Source: Bdellovibrionales bacterium (GTDB lineage: Bacteria; Bdellovibrionota; Bdellovibrionia; Bdellovibrionales; JAGQZY01). From it: 64,000 nucleotides of DNA. Below the pieces are notes generated by a model. It was not told where the DNA came from, ran no database searches, and was given only the letters and a program-made list of their open reading frames with translations. Positions 1-8,513 of this stretch are shown piece by piece. A program made the position numbers and the translations under genes. Numbering within the stretch: position 1 is the first letter of the stretch; each line of letters begins with the position of its first letter. Location of the stretch: positions 70,943 through 134,942 of the forward strand of contig CAXRHT010000001.1 of the NCBI GenBank assembly GCA_964230645.1. The letters run 5' to 3'.

Positions 1-2
1 AT

Positions 3-167
3 CGACTTCTTGAGTACACGCAACAAGGTGTGGAAGATGAGTATGACGGTGGTCTCTGGGCTGTTACTCGTATCGTTTGGAGTGAATCTTTTGGGGTGAA
101 CTCCCCTTGTTTTATCGCACGCCGAAAACTAGAAGCCCTTGAGGTTGAGTTTTCTAAGCGAGAGTAG
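3..167 (+). CDS. 3' end of an unidentified CDS entering from upstream of the window
   Basis: Frame 3 is open from the window edge to TAG at 165-167 (...GLWAVTRIVWSESFGVNSPCFIARRKLEALEVEFSKRE*). It is absent from the ORF track because it has no start. No family recognised. Confidence 0.3.
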   Translation, partial: RLLEYTQQGVEDEYDGGLWAVTRIVWSESFGVNSPCFIARRKLEALEVEFSKRE

Positions 168-698
168 TCAGTGCTTGCTGACCTTAAAGTTTTTAAGGGA
201 GGCAAAACCAGGATGTCCCGTTTTCTCTACAGGCTTTTTAACGTAGGGTGCTTTGTACTGACGAGACTCACAAAGACCTGTGTCTTCACACTGGGGGTAG
301 GGTTTTATTCCAGCCGCCATCATTTCATGAAGAAACTCTCTCAGGTTTAAGGTGTGATCATTGATATAGGTTACAGCCGGCCCTGAATCTTTAAACTCCT
401 GCTGGCTTTGAGAGACCTGCGTGTTACGAGGTCTTTGTTTTTCAACCACCACAATTTCATTGATTCTATTTTTAAGGGGAACATCGATATCGTGTCCACA
501 CTGCGAGCATAGCTCCGGATAGTGAGACTCGACGGTCCCGTGGATTTGATAGGTATTTCCGAGCGGCTTAATCTCTATATCGGCTTTAAAATCATTACTG
601 CCAATAAGATCCCCAAAAGCCCCTTCCATTTCCTCACTGGATTGAGTGAATTGGAACTGCTCGCCTTCTTCTTCAATGGATTTTAAATCAACTAACAT
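168..698 (-). CDS. yceD: YceD/DUF177 family protein (23S rRNA accumulation protein-like)
   Basis: 176 aa, acidic. Paired Cys motifs (CSQCGH ... YPQCEDTGLC) and the size and layout are typical of DUF177. Confidence 0.7.
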   Translation of the reverse strand: MLVDLKSIEEEGEQFQFTQSSEEMEGAFGDLIGSNDFKADIEIKPLGNTYQIHGTVESHYPELCSQCGHDIDVPLKNRINEIVVVEKQRPRNTQVSQSQQEFKDSGPAVTYINDHTLNLREFLHEMMAAGIKPYPQCEDTGLCESRQYKAPYVKKPVEKTGHPGFASLKNFKVSKH

Positions 699-749
699 AA
701 GGATCAGGTTTAAAAGATTTGGCTTGATGTGTCAATTATTCTGGAAAAA

Positions 750-783
750 TAAGAGGCGGCAAAGGTTTTAACCCTGCCGCCTT
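750..783 (-). terminator. Rho-independent terminator (minus strand)
   Basis: The minus strand reads GGCGGCAGGGTTAAAACCTTTGCCGCC followed by TCTTATTTTTCC. This is a GC-rich stem plus a U-run, directly downstream of the 17-codon ORF. Confidence 0.5.
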
Positions 784-802
784 GAAAAATTAACTTTGAA
801 AG

Positions 803-856
803 TTAATTGGCTCCTCCGTAATAGAGGGCGCCTAAGTTAAGTTTCTCACATGACAT
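803..856 (-). CDS. Candidate small ORF, 17 aa (MSCEKLNLGALYYGGAN)
   Basis: ATG at 856..854 is preceded by AAAGGAGGTG (872..863), with 8 nt between GGAGG and the ATG. TAA at 805..803. The terminator at 750-783 follows. Too short for the ORF track. Confidence 0.3.
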   Translation of the reverse strand: MSCEKLNLGALYYGGAN

Positions 857-1191
857 TGGCACCACCTCCTTTCTGACTTTAGAAAGTCATCCACAGGATA
901 AGGGAAAGGGGCCTTCGAGGTAAGACATTTTTTTTTATGCCGCCTATCATGTCTCGTTATAAGATCAAAAGCATCTTCAAACACAAGTCATAAACCCCTA
1001 AAAGGACGAAGCTTTTACACCTATGGTTCAATGGTTAAATAAGAGTTCTTCACCTTATTGAGAGAGTCGAAGAGTAAAAGAGGGCAAAAGTCGGTTGAAA
1101 TTTCAGCGGGGAAAGATTGATCCTTAACTTGCAGCTCAGTCAATACCTTTGAGGCAACGGTTCAAAATCAACCGTTGCCGGGTTGAGAATT

Positions 1192-1680
1192 TTAACGACT
1201 TAAGCAGACTCCCTGATCTAACGAAGGATAATGCGTCACGGGACAATCTCCATTCCAAGTTCTGCAACCGTTCGACTCGAATTCTTCAATACCGCGCTCC
1301 ATTTCATTCACCAATTCAGGGTTTTTCTGAATTGTTTTTTCAATACTACGCTCATAAATATTAGCATCGTTTGTGATTACATAGTTTCGCAAAGTCAGGC
1401 GTCTACGAACTCTTTCGAAAAGATTCGGATTATTATCTTCTCCATCGGATTCGTTTCCTACATATTCAGTTCGACGTATTGAATTGAAGAGGCTATTAAA
1501 CTCCTCATCAACAGCGGCATAAAATTGCCTCTGCTGAACATTGACCTGGCTAGCAAGGTCTTCACAATAAACTTGATAATCCATGGATTCTCGTTGCTCA
1601 TTCGATAATGAGTTATCAGTGGTTTCTGCTCCCACATTTTGGAAGAAAAATAGGGTAAAAATGATAAAGATAGCTTTCAT
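1192..1680 (-). CDS. Secreted hypothetical protein
   Basis: 162 aa. N-terminal signal peptide (MKAIFIIFTLFFFQNVGA). Hairpin GGCAACGGTT-N7-AACCGTTGCC at 1152-1179 lies just downstream. No family recognised. Confidence 0.55.
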   Translation of the reverse strand: MKAIFIIFTLFFFQNVGAETTDNSLSNEQRESMDYQVYCEDLASQVNVQQRQFYAAVDEEFNSLFNSIRRTEYVGNESDGEDNNPNLFERVRRRLTLRNYVITNDANIYERSIEKTIQKNPELVNEMERGIEEFESNGCRTWNGDCPVTHYPSLDQGVCLSR

Positions 1681-1914
1681 GGCTTTGTCCTTTGCGTGTT
1701 AAAGTGTTGTGACTGTAAGCCTTGCAAACGAGAGGCCATCATTCTTTTCTTCAAAGATATGAAATATCATTCATTATTTCAAACACTTGGGGGCTCTCAA
1801 AAGTTAACAAAAATTATTGAAAAAAAAGAAGTGCCTAAACTTTAAACAGTTGTATGTTAGGAATTAAGTCACGATAACCTACGAGGATTATCGTACACAT
1901 TGAGTTTTTAAGAC

Positions 1915-2604
1915 TTACTTCAGCCAATCCATCGTTTTTATTTTGTAATCACTATCCAATTCACACACCAGGGGCACACCGGTGGCAAATTCAAACTGGG
2001 TGATTTTGTCCTCATCCATATTTGTTAGCAGCTTCACTAGAGCTCTGAGACTATTACCGTGAGCAGAGATCAAAAAGTCTCCTCCTTTTTTTAAATCAGG
2101 AAGAATGTTGTTTTGCCAATAAGGCTCCACTCTTTCAAGACAGTGCTTAAGGGCTTCGCCTTTTGGAAAGTCATTTTTGGGAATTTCTTTATAGCGTCGA
2201 TCTTTTAGTTGCTCTTCTTGGTAAGGTCCCTCACCTTCCGGAGGAGGTGTCGCGTAGCTTCTGCGCCACTGGAACACTTGGTCGTCTCCATACTTATCAC
2301 GAGTCTCTTGTTTATTAAGCCCTTGCAAGCCACCGTAGTGTCTTTCGTTCAAACGCCAGTGTTTATCCACAGGAATCCAAGTTTGTTCACTCTCCTCTAG
2401 GATGACCCACAAGGTTCGAATCGCTCGTTGTAAGTAAGAGGTGTAGGCTTTTTCAAATTCAAAACCGGAGTCTTTGATAAGCTCTCCCGCTTTTTTAGCT
2501 TCTTCTAAACCTTTTTGTGTTAAGGGAGCATCCACCCATCCTGTGAATTTGTTTTCAAGATTCCACTGACTTTGACCATGACGAACAAGTACAAGTTTTT
2601 GCAT
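1915..2604 (-). CDS. gpmA: 2,3-bisphosphoglycerate-dependent phosphoglycerate mutase
   Basis: 229 aa. LVRHGQSQWN histidine-phosphatase motif, FTGWVD, ERHYG and SAHGNSLRAL are all characteristic of dPGM. Confidence 0.95.
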   Translation of the reverse strand: MQKLVLVRHGQSQWNLENKFTGWVDAPLTQKGLEEAKKAGELIKDSGFEFEKAYTSYLQRAIRTLWVILEESEQTWIPVDKHWRLNERHYGGLQGLNKQETRDKYGDDQVFQWRRSYATPPPEGEGPYQEEQLKDRRYKEIPKNDFPKGEALKHCLERVEPYWQNNILPDLKKGGDFLISAHGNSLRALVKLLTNMDEDKITQFEFATGVPLVCELDSDYKIKTMDWLK

Positions 2605-2776
2605 TTCAACTTTCCTTTTCTAACAACTGTATTAAAAATTCCTTTAACTCACAGACTGAGAAGAAAAACATTTCCAAAAAAGAACTGTGATGTTTTTTAT
2701 TTTTAAAAGATTAATTACCTGGAAAAAGAAAAGAACTCAAAAGAAGAATTTTTATGGAGAAAATTTAAAGGAGGGC

Positions 2777-2840
2777 AAAAAAATAAAAAAGGCGATGATG
2801 CAGCTTCCTGCTACAGAACCTCATCCTAAAGCCCATCGCC
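2777..2840 (-). terminator. Orphan terminator-like hairpin (minus strand) upstream of gpmA
   Basis: GGCGATG...CATCGCC closes a 50 nt imperfect hairpin (2791-2840) with an inner GCAG-GAAG-CUGC tetraloop hairpin. On the minus strand it is followed by TTTTTTATTTTTTT (2790..2777). No annotated minus-strand gene ends here. Confidence 0.35.
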
Positions 2841-3212
2841 CGTCCCATTTATAAGAGTAGGGGCAAAGGCTGAGGGACACAAATTTTTATGCTTTGTTTC
2901 ACCATTTTTAGCCTCTGTTTAGGTCCTTGGTCTAGGTTGCTCACCAATCATCACCCCTTTCCTTTGATTTGGGATTTCCATGATTTTTTGGTTTTTTTAA
3001 AGAGACTTAAAAAACCCCCTCCTTTTTTTAATTTTTTTTGAAAACTCAAATATTATGTAACACCGCCTGCGCCTTTTTTTTTCTCATTGTCTAAAAAAGA
3101 GACAATGACTTCCTATACACCTGTATAGGATATAACGACCAATTGAATTCTAAGCCCACAAGACATGGTTTCATTTTTGCTCTTAAGAAAAGCGGGATTA
3201 TGAGGGGGCTCT

Positions 3213-6200
3213 ATGAATAAAACCATCCAATTATTTATTTCTCTAATTGGTACGATGACCATACTGGGATGCGGAAACGCCTTTGAAGCCGGAGACTTCG
3301 CTAGCCGTTCCTCCCAACTCCCCACTGTTCTCCGTAGCCAAACGGACCTCATTGATGTTTCCGAAAAATTGAGCGTTCAAAAAAGTGCCGTTGTTGACTC
3401 TCAAAGTATTTCAGCCTCCTCGACATTTTCCTCAGCAAACTCCAAATACAGTGAGTTTCAAAAGTTAGGAGTTAAAGCCGGGTCACGCTGGACAGCTCTT
3501 CTTGATAACGAATGCCTCAAGCTTTCTGCTTCCGAAGATTTTGCCACCAAGCTTTCCAAACAAGAGTTTGATCTCAATTCCCTCAAACAGAAAAAAGTCG
3601 CCTACTCTTTTGAACTCGATTCCGATCTCACTCTCCAAGAGCTTGCATTAAAACTCGATGAAAGTGGTTGTGCTATTTATATGGAAAATGAACAAGACGA
3701 GGTGGAAGTTGTTTCTTACAATGATCCTCACTTCTCCGCACAAAAGCATTTAAATGAAATTCAATCCGATTTTGCAGAGAAGATTCAACAAACCTACCAG
3801 GGCACTCAAGATGTGGTTGTGGCTATCATCGATACAGGCCTTGATCTCAACCATGAAGACTTTGATAAAAACAAATTGTGGAGAGATGCGAGAGGCTTTA
3901 ACGGCATTGACTTTCATAACAATGATTACAATCCTCAGGATGGTCACTCTCATGGGACCTATGTGGCTTCTCTTCTTGCCGCACACACCAACAATAACAA
4001 AGGTGTTTCAGGGGTTGCCCCTTCCGGAATCCGCCTTATGCCTATTAAGGTTCTCGACGACCGAGGTCGTGGCTATAGCACAAATGTGGTCAACGGCATT
4101 TATTACGCTATAGAAAACGGAGCTCACATCATAAACTTAAGTGTCGGTTTTCAAAAAGAAAGTAAAGTCATGCAAAAAGCCCTACAAGCGGCTGTCGATA
4201 GCGGTGTGATCGTTGTTTCTGCTGCTGGGAACTCCGGCCAACAACTTTCTAATAATTACTTTATCACTCCTGCAGGTTACGCTTACTCTCAAAGAGGTCA
4301 CATCTCGGTAGGCTCTACAAATGAAAGCGGAGCCTTGAGTGCTTTTAGTAACTTTGGTGCCGGTTGGGTTGAAATCGCCGCACCTGGTACAAATATTATG
4401 GGAGCTGTTCTCAATAATAAATATGAGACGAAGAGTGGGACCTCTGCCAGTGCCCCTCTTATAGCTGGAGCGGCGGCTCTTTTAGTGCACCAAAAAATAA
4501 ACACCGGTCAAGGCTACACGGCCGGAGACATTGAGGACTTTCTTTTAGAAAACTCTATTAAGGACGCAAAACTGACCTCTCAAATTTTAAAGGGTCATCG
4601 CCTTAATCTAAAAAATCTCCACGACGCATTGGTCGCGCAGGGCCCAATCACAGAGCCTGAATTAAACGAAGAGAATAACAATCCTCAAGACACCAATCCA
4701 CCGCCACAGAATCCTCAAGGCAATCCGGAGGAAACTAAAATTTATCTCGGTGAAATCAATAGTGTGAATTACGATGCCAATTTAAAAGCGGTTGTTATCA
4801 AAGGCTGGGGCTGCCGCTGGGGTACGTCTCAATCCCCAATTATTACACTTTTCTATGACTTCAAATTAGATGAAGATTATATGGACTTCCCCACAAGAAG
4901 TCGACTCCCCAGCAGTGCAGCCGTTGAAGATCAATGTGGAGTGCAAGGAAACTTCAATTTCGAGCATCACCTTCCTGTGGCCAAGGTGACTAAGTTAGCC
5001 ATGGAAGGAATGGAAATTTCAGGCTCTGTCGGTTTTACCGAAATTGACGAAATCGGTATCGGTAACTTTCAATTGACTCGCTCGCAAAAATTTGTGGTCC
5101 CAAAACTCCCCGACACAGTGGATGTCGAGGTGCCTGTGAGTGACGGGATGCCAGTGATCAAGGGAAAAATTGAAAGTATCCGTTACCGCACTGATTTAAC
5201 AAAAGTGGAAGTGTCAGGTTGGGCCTGTGAGGTGGGCGATCCGGGCAGTGCTAAAGTTTACCTGGCCGCCCTCAGACCTGTGGGTGGATACATCACAACC
5301 GATGTGGTCCAAGCCGATCAAACAAGCTCTGCTGAATCAAGACAGGTCTGCCAAACAAATTCCAACCATGGCTTTAAGGCCTATATTGGTTTAAGCTCTG
5401 TGGATACTTTTGAGCTTGAGGGAGCCCAAGTGAGACTGCACGCCTACGGTCCTTTTCGAAGTGCGGGCTCTGAGCTTATCCCAAACCCCATGAACTTAAA
5501 AGTACCTGAGATCACTGACGCCCAAAGAGACACACCTCCGCCCACTCCGCAAACAGAAATTAAAGGAGCCATTACTTCAATTGTTTATAATCCCAACACC
5601 AAAGCCGTCGATGTCATGGGCTGGGCTTGTGAAGTGGGTGTGGATGGACCAACAAAAGTGGAGCTTCTATTTCAACTTGATAGCGGCAGATACAGCAATA
5701 AGTACGCTGACACCACTTTAGAATCGAGCAACCAAGTTCTTGATGCCTGTGATTCCGGGGGCACTCATAACTTCAAGATCAGTCAAAATGCTTTTGTCAG
5801 TGATGCTCATACACTGCTCACCGATGGTAAACTGATCCTACAATTAGTGAACGGACCCAATGGCGAATTTAAAAACCCCATAAACCCAGACGCCTATAAA
5901 ATTCCTGAAATTCCACAATTAAACAATCAAAACGAACTTATGGGTGCTGTCACAAGTGTCAACTATAACAACACTCGAAAAGAGCTGATCATTCAAGGCT
6001 GGCTGTGTGAAAAGGGTCTTGTCGGTTCTATTAAGTACCGTCTTGATGTTTTTCGACCAGAGCTTGGAAGCCGAGTGTCTTTGTCTCCTAAAACAGCACA
6101 GTCTCCGAGTTCCAACACGGTGAAAAATCAATGTGAAGCCAATGGACGTTTTAACTTCCAACACGTTCTCACCAGAGCCGATCTTGACAAATACCAGATT

Positions 6201-6302
6201 AAGCCAGGCTCTCATATCCGCATGTACTCTTACGCCAATAAAGAGGGTATGCCTAATAAGATGATCGGCAAAGACCAAAATTACCTGGTCCCTAACTACT
6301 AA
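3213..6302 (+). CDS. Subtilisin-like serine protease (peptidase S8) lipoprotein with four C-terminal repeat modules
   Basis: 1029 aa. Lipobox ILGCG. S8 triad contexts AIIDTGLD, HGTYVASLL and GTSASAPLIAG. Four modules of about 120-137 aa follow from about nt 4741. Confidence 0.9.
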   Translation: MNKTIQLFISLIGTMTILGCGNAFEAGDFASRSSQLPTVLRSQTDLIDVSEKLSVQKSAVVDSQSISASSTFSSANSKYSEFQKLGVKAGSRWTALLDNECLKLSASEDFATKLSKQEFDLNSLKQKKVAYSFELDSDLTLQELALKLDESGCAIYMENEQDEVEVVSYNDPHFSAQKHLNEIQSDFAEKIQQTYQGTQDVVVAIIDTGLDLNHEDFDKNKLWRDARGFNGIDFHNNDYNPQDGHSHGTYVASLLAAHTNNNKGVSGVAPSGIRLMPIKVLDDRGRGYSTNVVNGIYYAIENGAHIINLSVGFQKESKVMQKALQAAVDSGVIVVSAAGNSGQQLSNNYFITPAGYAYSQRGHISVGSTNESGALSAFSNFGAGWVEIAAPGTNIMGAVLNNKYETKSGTSASAPLIAGAAALLVHQKINTGQGYTAGDIEDFLLENSIKDAKLTSQILKGHRLNLKNLHDALVAQGPITEPELNEENNNPQDTNPPPQNPQGNPEETKIYLGEINSVNYDANLKAVVIKGWGCRWGTSQSPIITLFYDFKLDEDYMDFPTRSRLPSSAAVEDQCGVQGNFNFEHHLPVAKVTKLAMEGMEISGSVGFTEIDEIGIGNFQLTRSQKFVVPKLPDTVDVEVPVSDGMPVIKGKIESIRYRTDLTKVEVSGWACEVGDPGSAKVYLAALRPVGGYITTDVVQADQTSSAESRQVCQTNSNHGFKAYIGLSSVDTFELEGAQVRLHAYGPFRSAGSELIPNPMNLKVPEITDAQRDTPPPTPQTEIKGAITSIVYNPNTKAVDVMGWACEVGVDGPTKVELLFQLDSGRYSNKYADTTLESSNQVLDACDSGGTHNFKISQNAFVSDAHTLLTDGKLILQLVNGPNGEFKNPINPDAYKIPEIPQLNNQNELMGAVTSVNYNNTRKELIIQGWLCEKGLVGSIKYRLDVFRPELGSRVSLSPKTAQSPSSNTVKNQCEANGRFNFQHVLTRADLDKYQIKPGSHIRMYSYANKEGMPNKMIGKDQNYLVPNY

Positions 6303-6311
6303 AATTTTATT

Positions 6312-6340
6312 GAGGAGTGCACTTCGTGCTCCTCTTTTTC
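6312..6340 (+). terminator. Rho-independent terminator after the S8 protease gene
   Basis: GAGGAGTGCAC-TTC-GTGCTCCTC stem (one bulge) followed by TTTTTC, 10 nt after the stop codon. Confidence 0.6.
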
Positions 6341-6479
6341 ATGCCTCAAATATAGATTTACTGCACAGGTGTTCCGATAATTACAGTGATTCTCAACTTG
6401 ATACAGTTTAATTGCAGCTTGAGCCCAAAATCTCGGTATGAATATTGCTCCTTAATAATACATCTACGGGAGGGATACT

Positions 6480-7094
6480 GTGGGAAAAAGATTTCTAATG
6501 TTATTATCTATATTAATGATGAGCTCAACGGGATTTATCTATCAAAATTGTGCACCTTTTGAGAGCCTTCAGAAAACAGAAAGTTTAGCTTCTAATGCAG
6601 TCAATGATTTTACCAGCTCTGAACTTTCATGTCGTTTCATTGGCGGGAATGCCCTGTCTACTGTTTTGACAAACACGCTCGGCCTGCCCGAGGGTGATGT
6701 GGCTATGCTTAATGAACAAGGGGAACCTTTAAAGAGCAATAACTGTAAAAGCTTTAATCACCAAAATGGCGGACGGGACTGTCTTTATCTTTCCGAGTAC
6801 TCCAGCGAATTGAGCACACAGAGCTGTAACACTTCGACTTTCCGTCTTGTTGCTCAAATTTATACGAATGCTTGTGCTGAGAGTCTCAGTCAGGAAGAAA
6901 ATGTTAACCGCTTGTTTCCGCAAGGCAGTGATAATTATACAACCATCCATCAGGCATTCACGGGGAGAACGCCACGAGGGGATGAAATTCAAATTCTTAA
7001 GGACCTATCCAAAGAGTTTGAAGTGGAGCAGGAAAAAATGACAGCCGTTTGTGCTGCCATCGGTTCAAGCCTTGCATCAATTAATAGTTTCTAA
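6480..7094 (+). CDS. Secreted/lipoprotein-like Cys-rich hypothetical protein; first gene of a 4-gene operon
   Basis: 204 aa. GTG start, hydrophobic N-terminus ending ...YQNC. The segment AFTGRTPRGDEIQILKDL resembles the RxP-x-x-E linker motifs of DUF1587/DUF1595-type regions (weak). Only 20 nt separate it from the next gene. Confidence 0.5.
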   Translation: MGKRFLMLLSILMMSSTGFIYQNCAPFESLQKTESLASNAVNDFTSSELSCRFIGGNALSTVLTNTLGLPEGDVAMLNEQGEPLKSNNCKSFNHQNGGRDCLYLSEYSSELSTQSCNTSTFRLVAQIYTNACAESLSQEENVNRLFPQGSDNYTTIHQAFTGRTPRGDEIQILKDLSKEFEVEQEKMTAVCAAIGSSLASINSF

Positions 7095-7114
7095 ATTTAT
7101 CGGGAGAATGGGGA

Positions 7115-8512
7115 ATGAAGAACAAAAAGAAAACAACATTTGATCAACTCGACCTAGCTTTTGCACAATCTCGCAGAAACTTTGTCACTAAGTTAAGTTT
7201 TACTCTGGCCGCCGCTGGAGTCGCTAGTCAAACAAGACTGAGTCTTGTGGAAGAACTCGCACGCCAAATTATTCCACAAGCTCATGCCGACGATCTCGTG
7301 GCACCACAAAGATTAATCTTTATTGGAGTTCGCTCCGGAATTCCCATAATGCCTTTTGGAGCTCCGGATCTTTTCGCGCAGAGGGCAGAAGCCTTAACGC
7401 CGAATGTTCCATTTCAAGGCAGTCAATTCACTAAGGGAAAGAACGGACTTAATTTCAGTCCAGACTCTTTGCCTTTGAAAGCTCACGAAGACAATCTACT
7501 AATTACACAGGCCGTTCAAACCGAAGGTGGACACACTCGCATGTTTAACTTCTGGGAAGGGGGCCGAGGTCAGAACCAAGTCTCCCCTATCATCACACTT
7601 GCCAATCGAAATCCATCGGCCTCGGTGATTCCAGGGGTTCATTTTGCTCAAAACTCCAATGGCAACCGTGTGGTTGATCACAGAACAGGAAGTCTTCCCG
7701 ATTTACTGACCACACACAACTCCACTTTTAAAGACAACTTTAAAAAAGCCACCCTAGCTTTTGACGATGATGCGACCAAAAAGATTTTAGAGGCCTCTGT
7801 TAAATTGACTCGACGCCAGGCTTTGAGAATGCAAGCCTCTATTAAAAATCCGTTAAATTATTCAGGAGATCAAAGTAAAGCCGCTGAGCTTCTTGGTTTC
7901 GATTATGTTCAAGCTCTCAACCCCACAGATATCAATAGTGCACTCAATGGCGGGGCCAATGGTACCTATCGTAACTTTGGTGAGGCTTTAGGACATACCC
8001 TAAAAGCCATGACATATAATTTGATAAACTCATCAACCATTGAACTCTCTATTGGTGACTGGCATGGCCGACGTGATATGACCTCAACAAGAGCTCACTA
8101 CGCCGATGTCTCAGAAAAACTAGCGGCGGCCGTCGCCTATCTAAAAGCGACCCCCGACTTGCAAGGTCCTAATGGCACCACCCTGTGGGACACCACCACA
8201 ATTGTCATTGGAAGTGAATTTAACCGTAACGATAGTACCTTTGGTAGAGACAATGGTGACGGTGGATCGCAAGGAACTTTGATCTTGTCGAAAAAGGTTC
8301 GTGGCGGATACTACGGAAAAGTCGATTACAACGGCAACGCCAATGCGGGAGGAAACCCAAGGATTCTCACTCACACAGGTGTGGATCGTACCTCGGGACA
8401 ACTTCTCCCCAATGGTCAACGCAACTCAACCCGCCAGCTCTATCACACCATTAACAATATTATAGGTAACTCAAGCACAGCTTCTGAGGTCATCACAACT
8501 TATCTGGGGTAA
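7115..8512 (+). CDS. Tat-exported DUF1552/DUF1501-like protein
   Basis: 465 aa. Clear twin-arginine signal SRRNFVTKLSFTLAAAGVA. IGDWHGRRD and GSEFNRNDSTFGRDNGDGG resemble the metal-site-like motifs of the DUF1552/DUF1501 group. It pairs with a DUF1588-like neighbour. Confidence 0.55.
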   Translation: MKNKKKTTFDQLDLAFAQSRRNFVTKLSFTLAAAGVASQTRLSLVEELARQIIPQAHADDLVAPQRLIFIGVRSGIPIMPFGAPDLFAQRAEALTPNVPFQGSQFTKGKNGLNFSPDSLPLKAHEDNLLITQAVQTEGGHTRMFNFWEGGRGQNQVSPIITLANRNPSASVIPGVHFAQNSNGNRVVDHRTGSLPDLLTTHNSTFKDNFKKATLAFDDDATKKILEASVKLTRRQALRMQASIKNPLNYSGDQSKAAELLGFDYVQALNPTDINSALNGGANGTYRNFGEALGHTLKAMTYNLINSSTIELSIGDWHGRRDMTSTRAHYADVSEKLAAAVAYLKATPDLQGPNGTTLWDTTTIVIGSEFNRNDSTFGRDNGDGGSQGTLILSKKVRGGYYGKVDYNGNANAGGNPRILTHTGVDRTSGQLLPNGQRNSTRQLYHTINNIIGNSSTASEVITTYLG

Positions 8513-8513
8513 T

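Noticed and set aside
2405-2425. GGTTCGAATC string resembling a tRNA T-arm
   Set aside because: It lies inside the well-supported gpmA coding sequence and has no acceptor or anticodon stem context. I found no tRNA in the window.
2791-2840. Possible SRP (4.5S) RNA because of a GCAGGAAGCUGC hairpin on the minus strand
   Set aside because: The conserved domain IV pattern is absent: a GGAA tetraloop followed by GGAAGCAGC, with the matching 5' AGGUCAGGUCC side. Only a generic tetraloop hairpin is present. I retain it only as a terminator-like structure.
3113-3352. 79-aa minus-strand ORF overlapping the start of the S8 protease gene
   Set aside because: It has no RBS and an odd composition. It overlaps the protease signal-peptide region, and the protease gene has strong family support.
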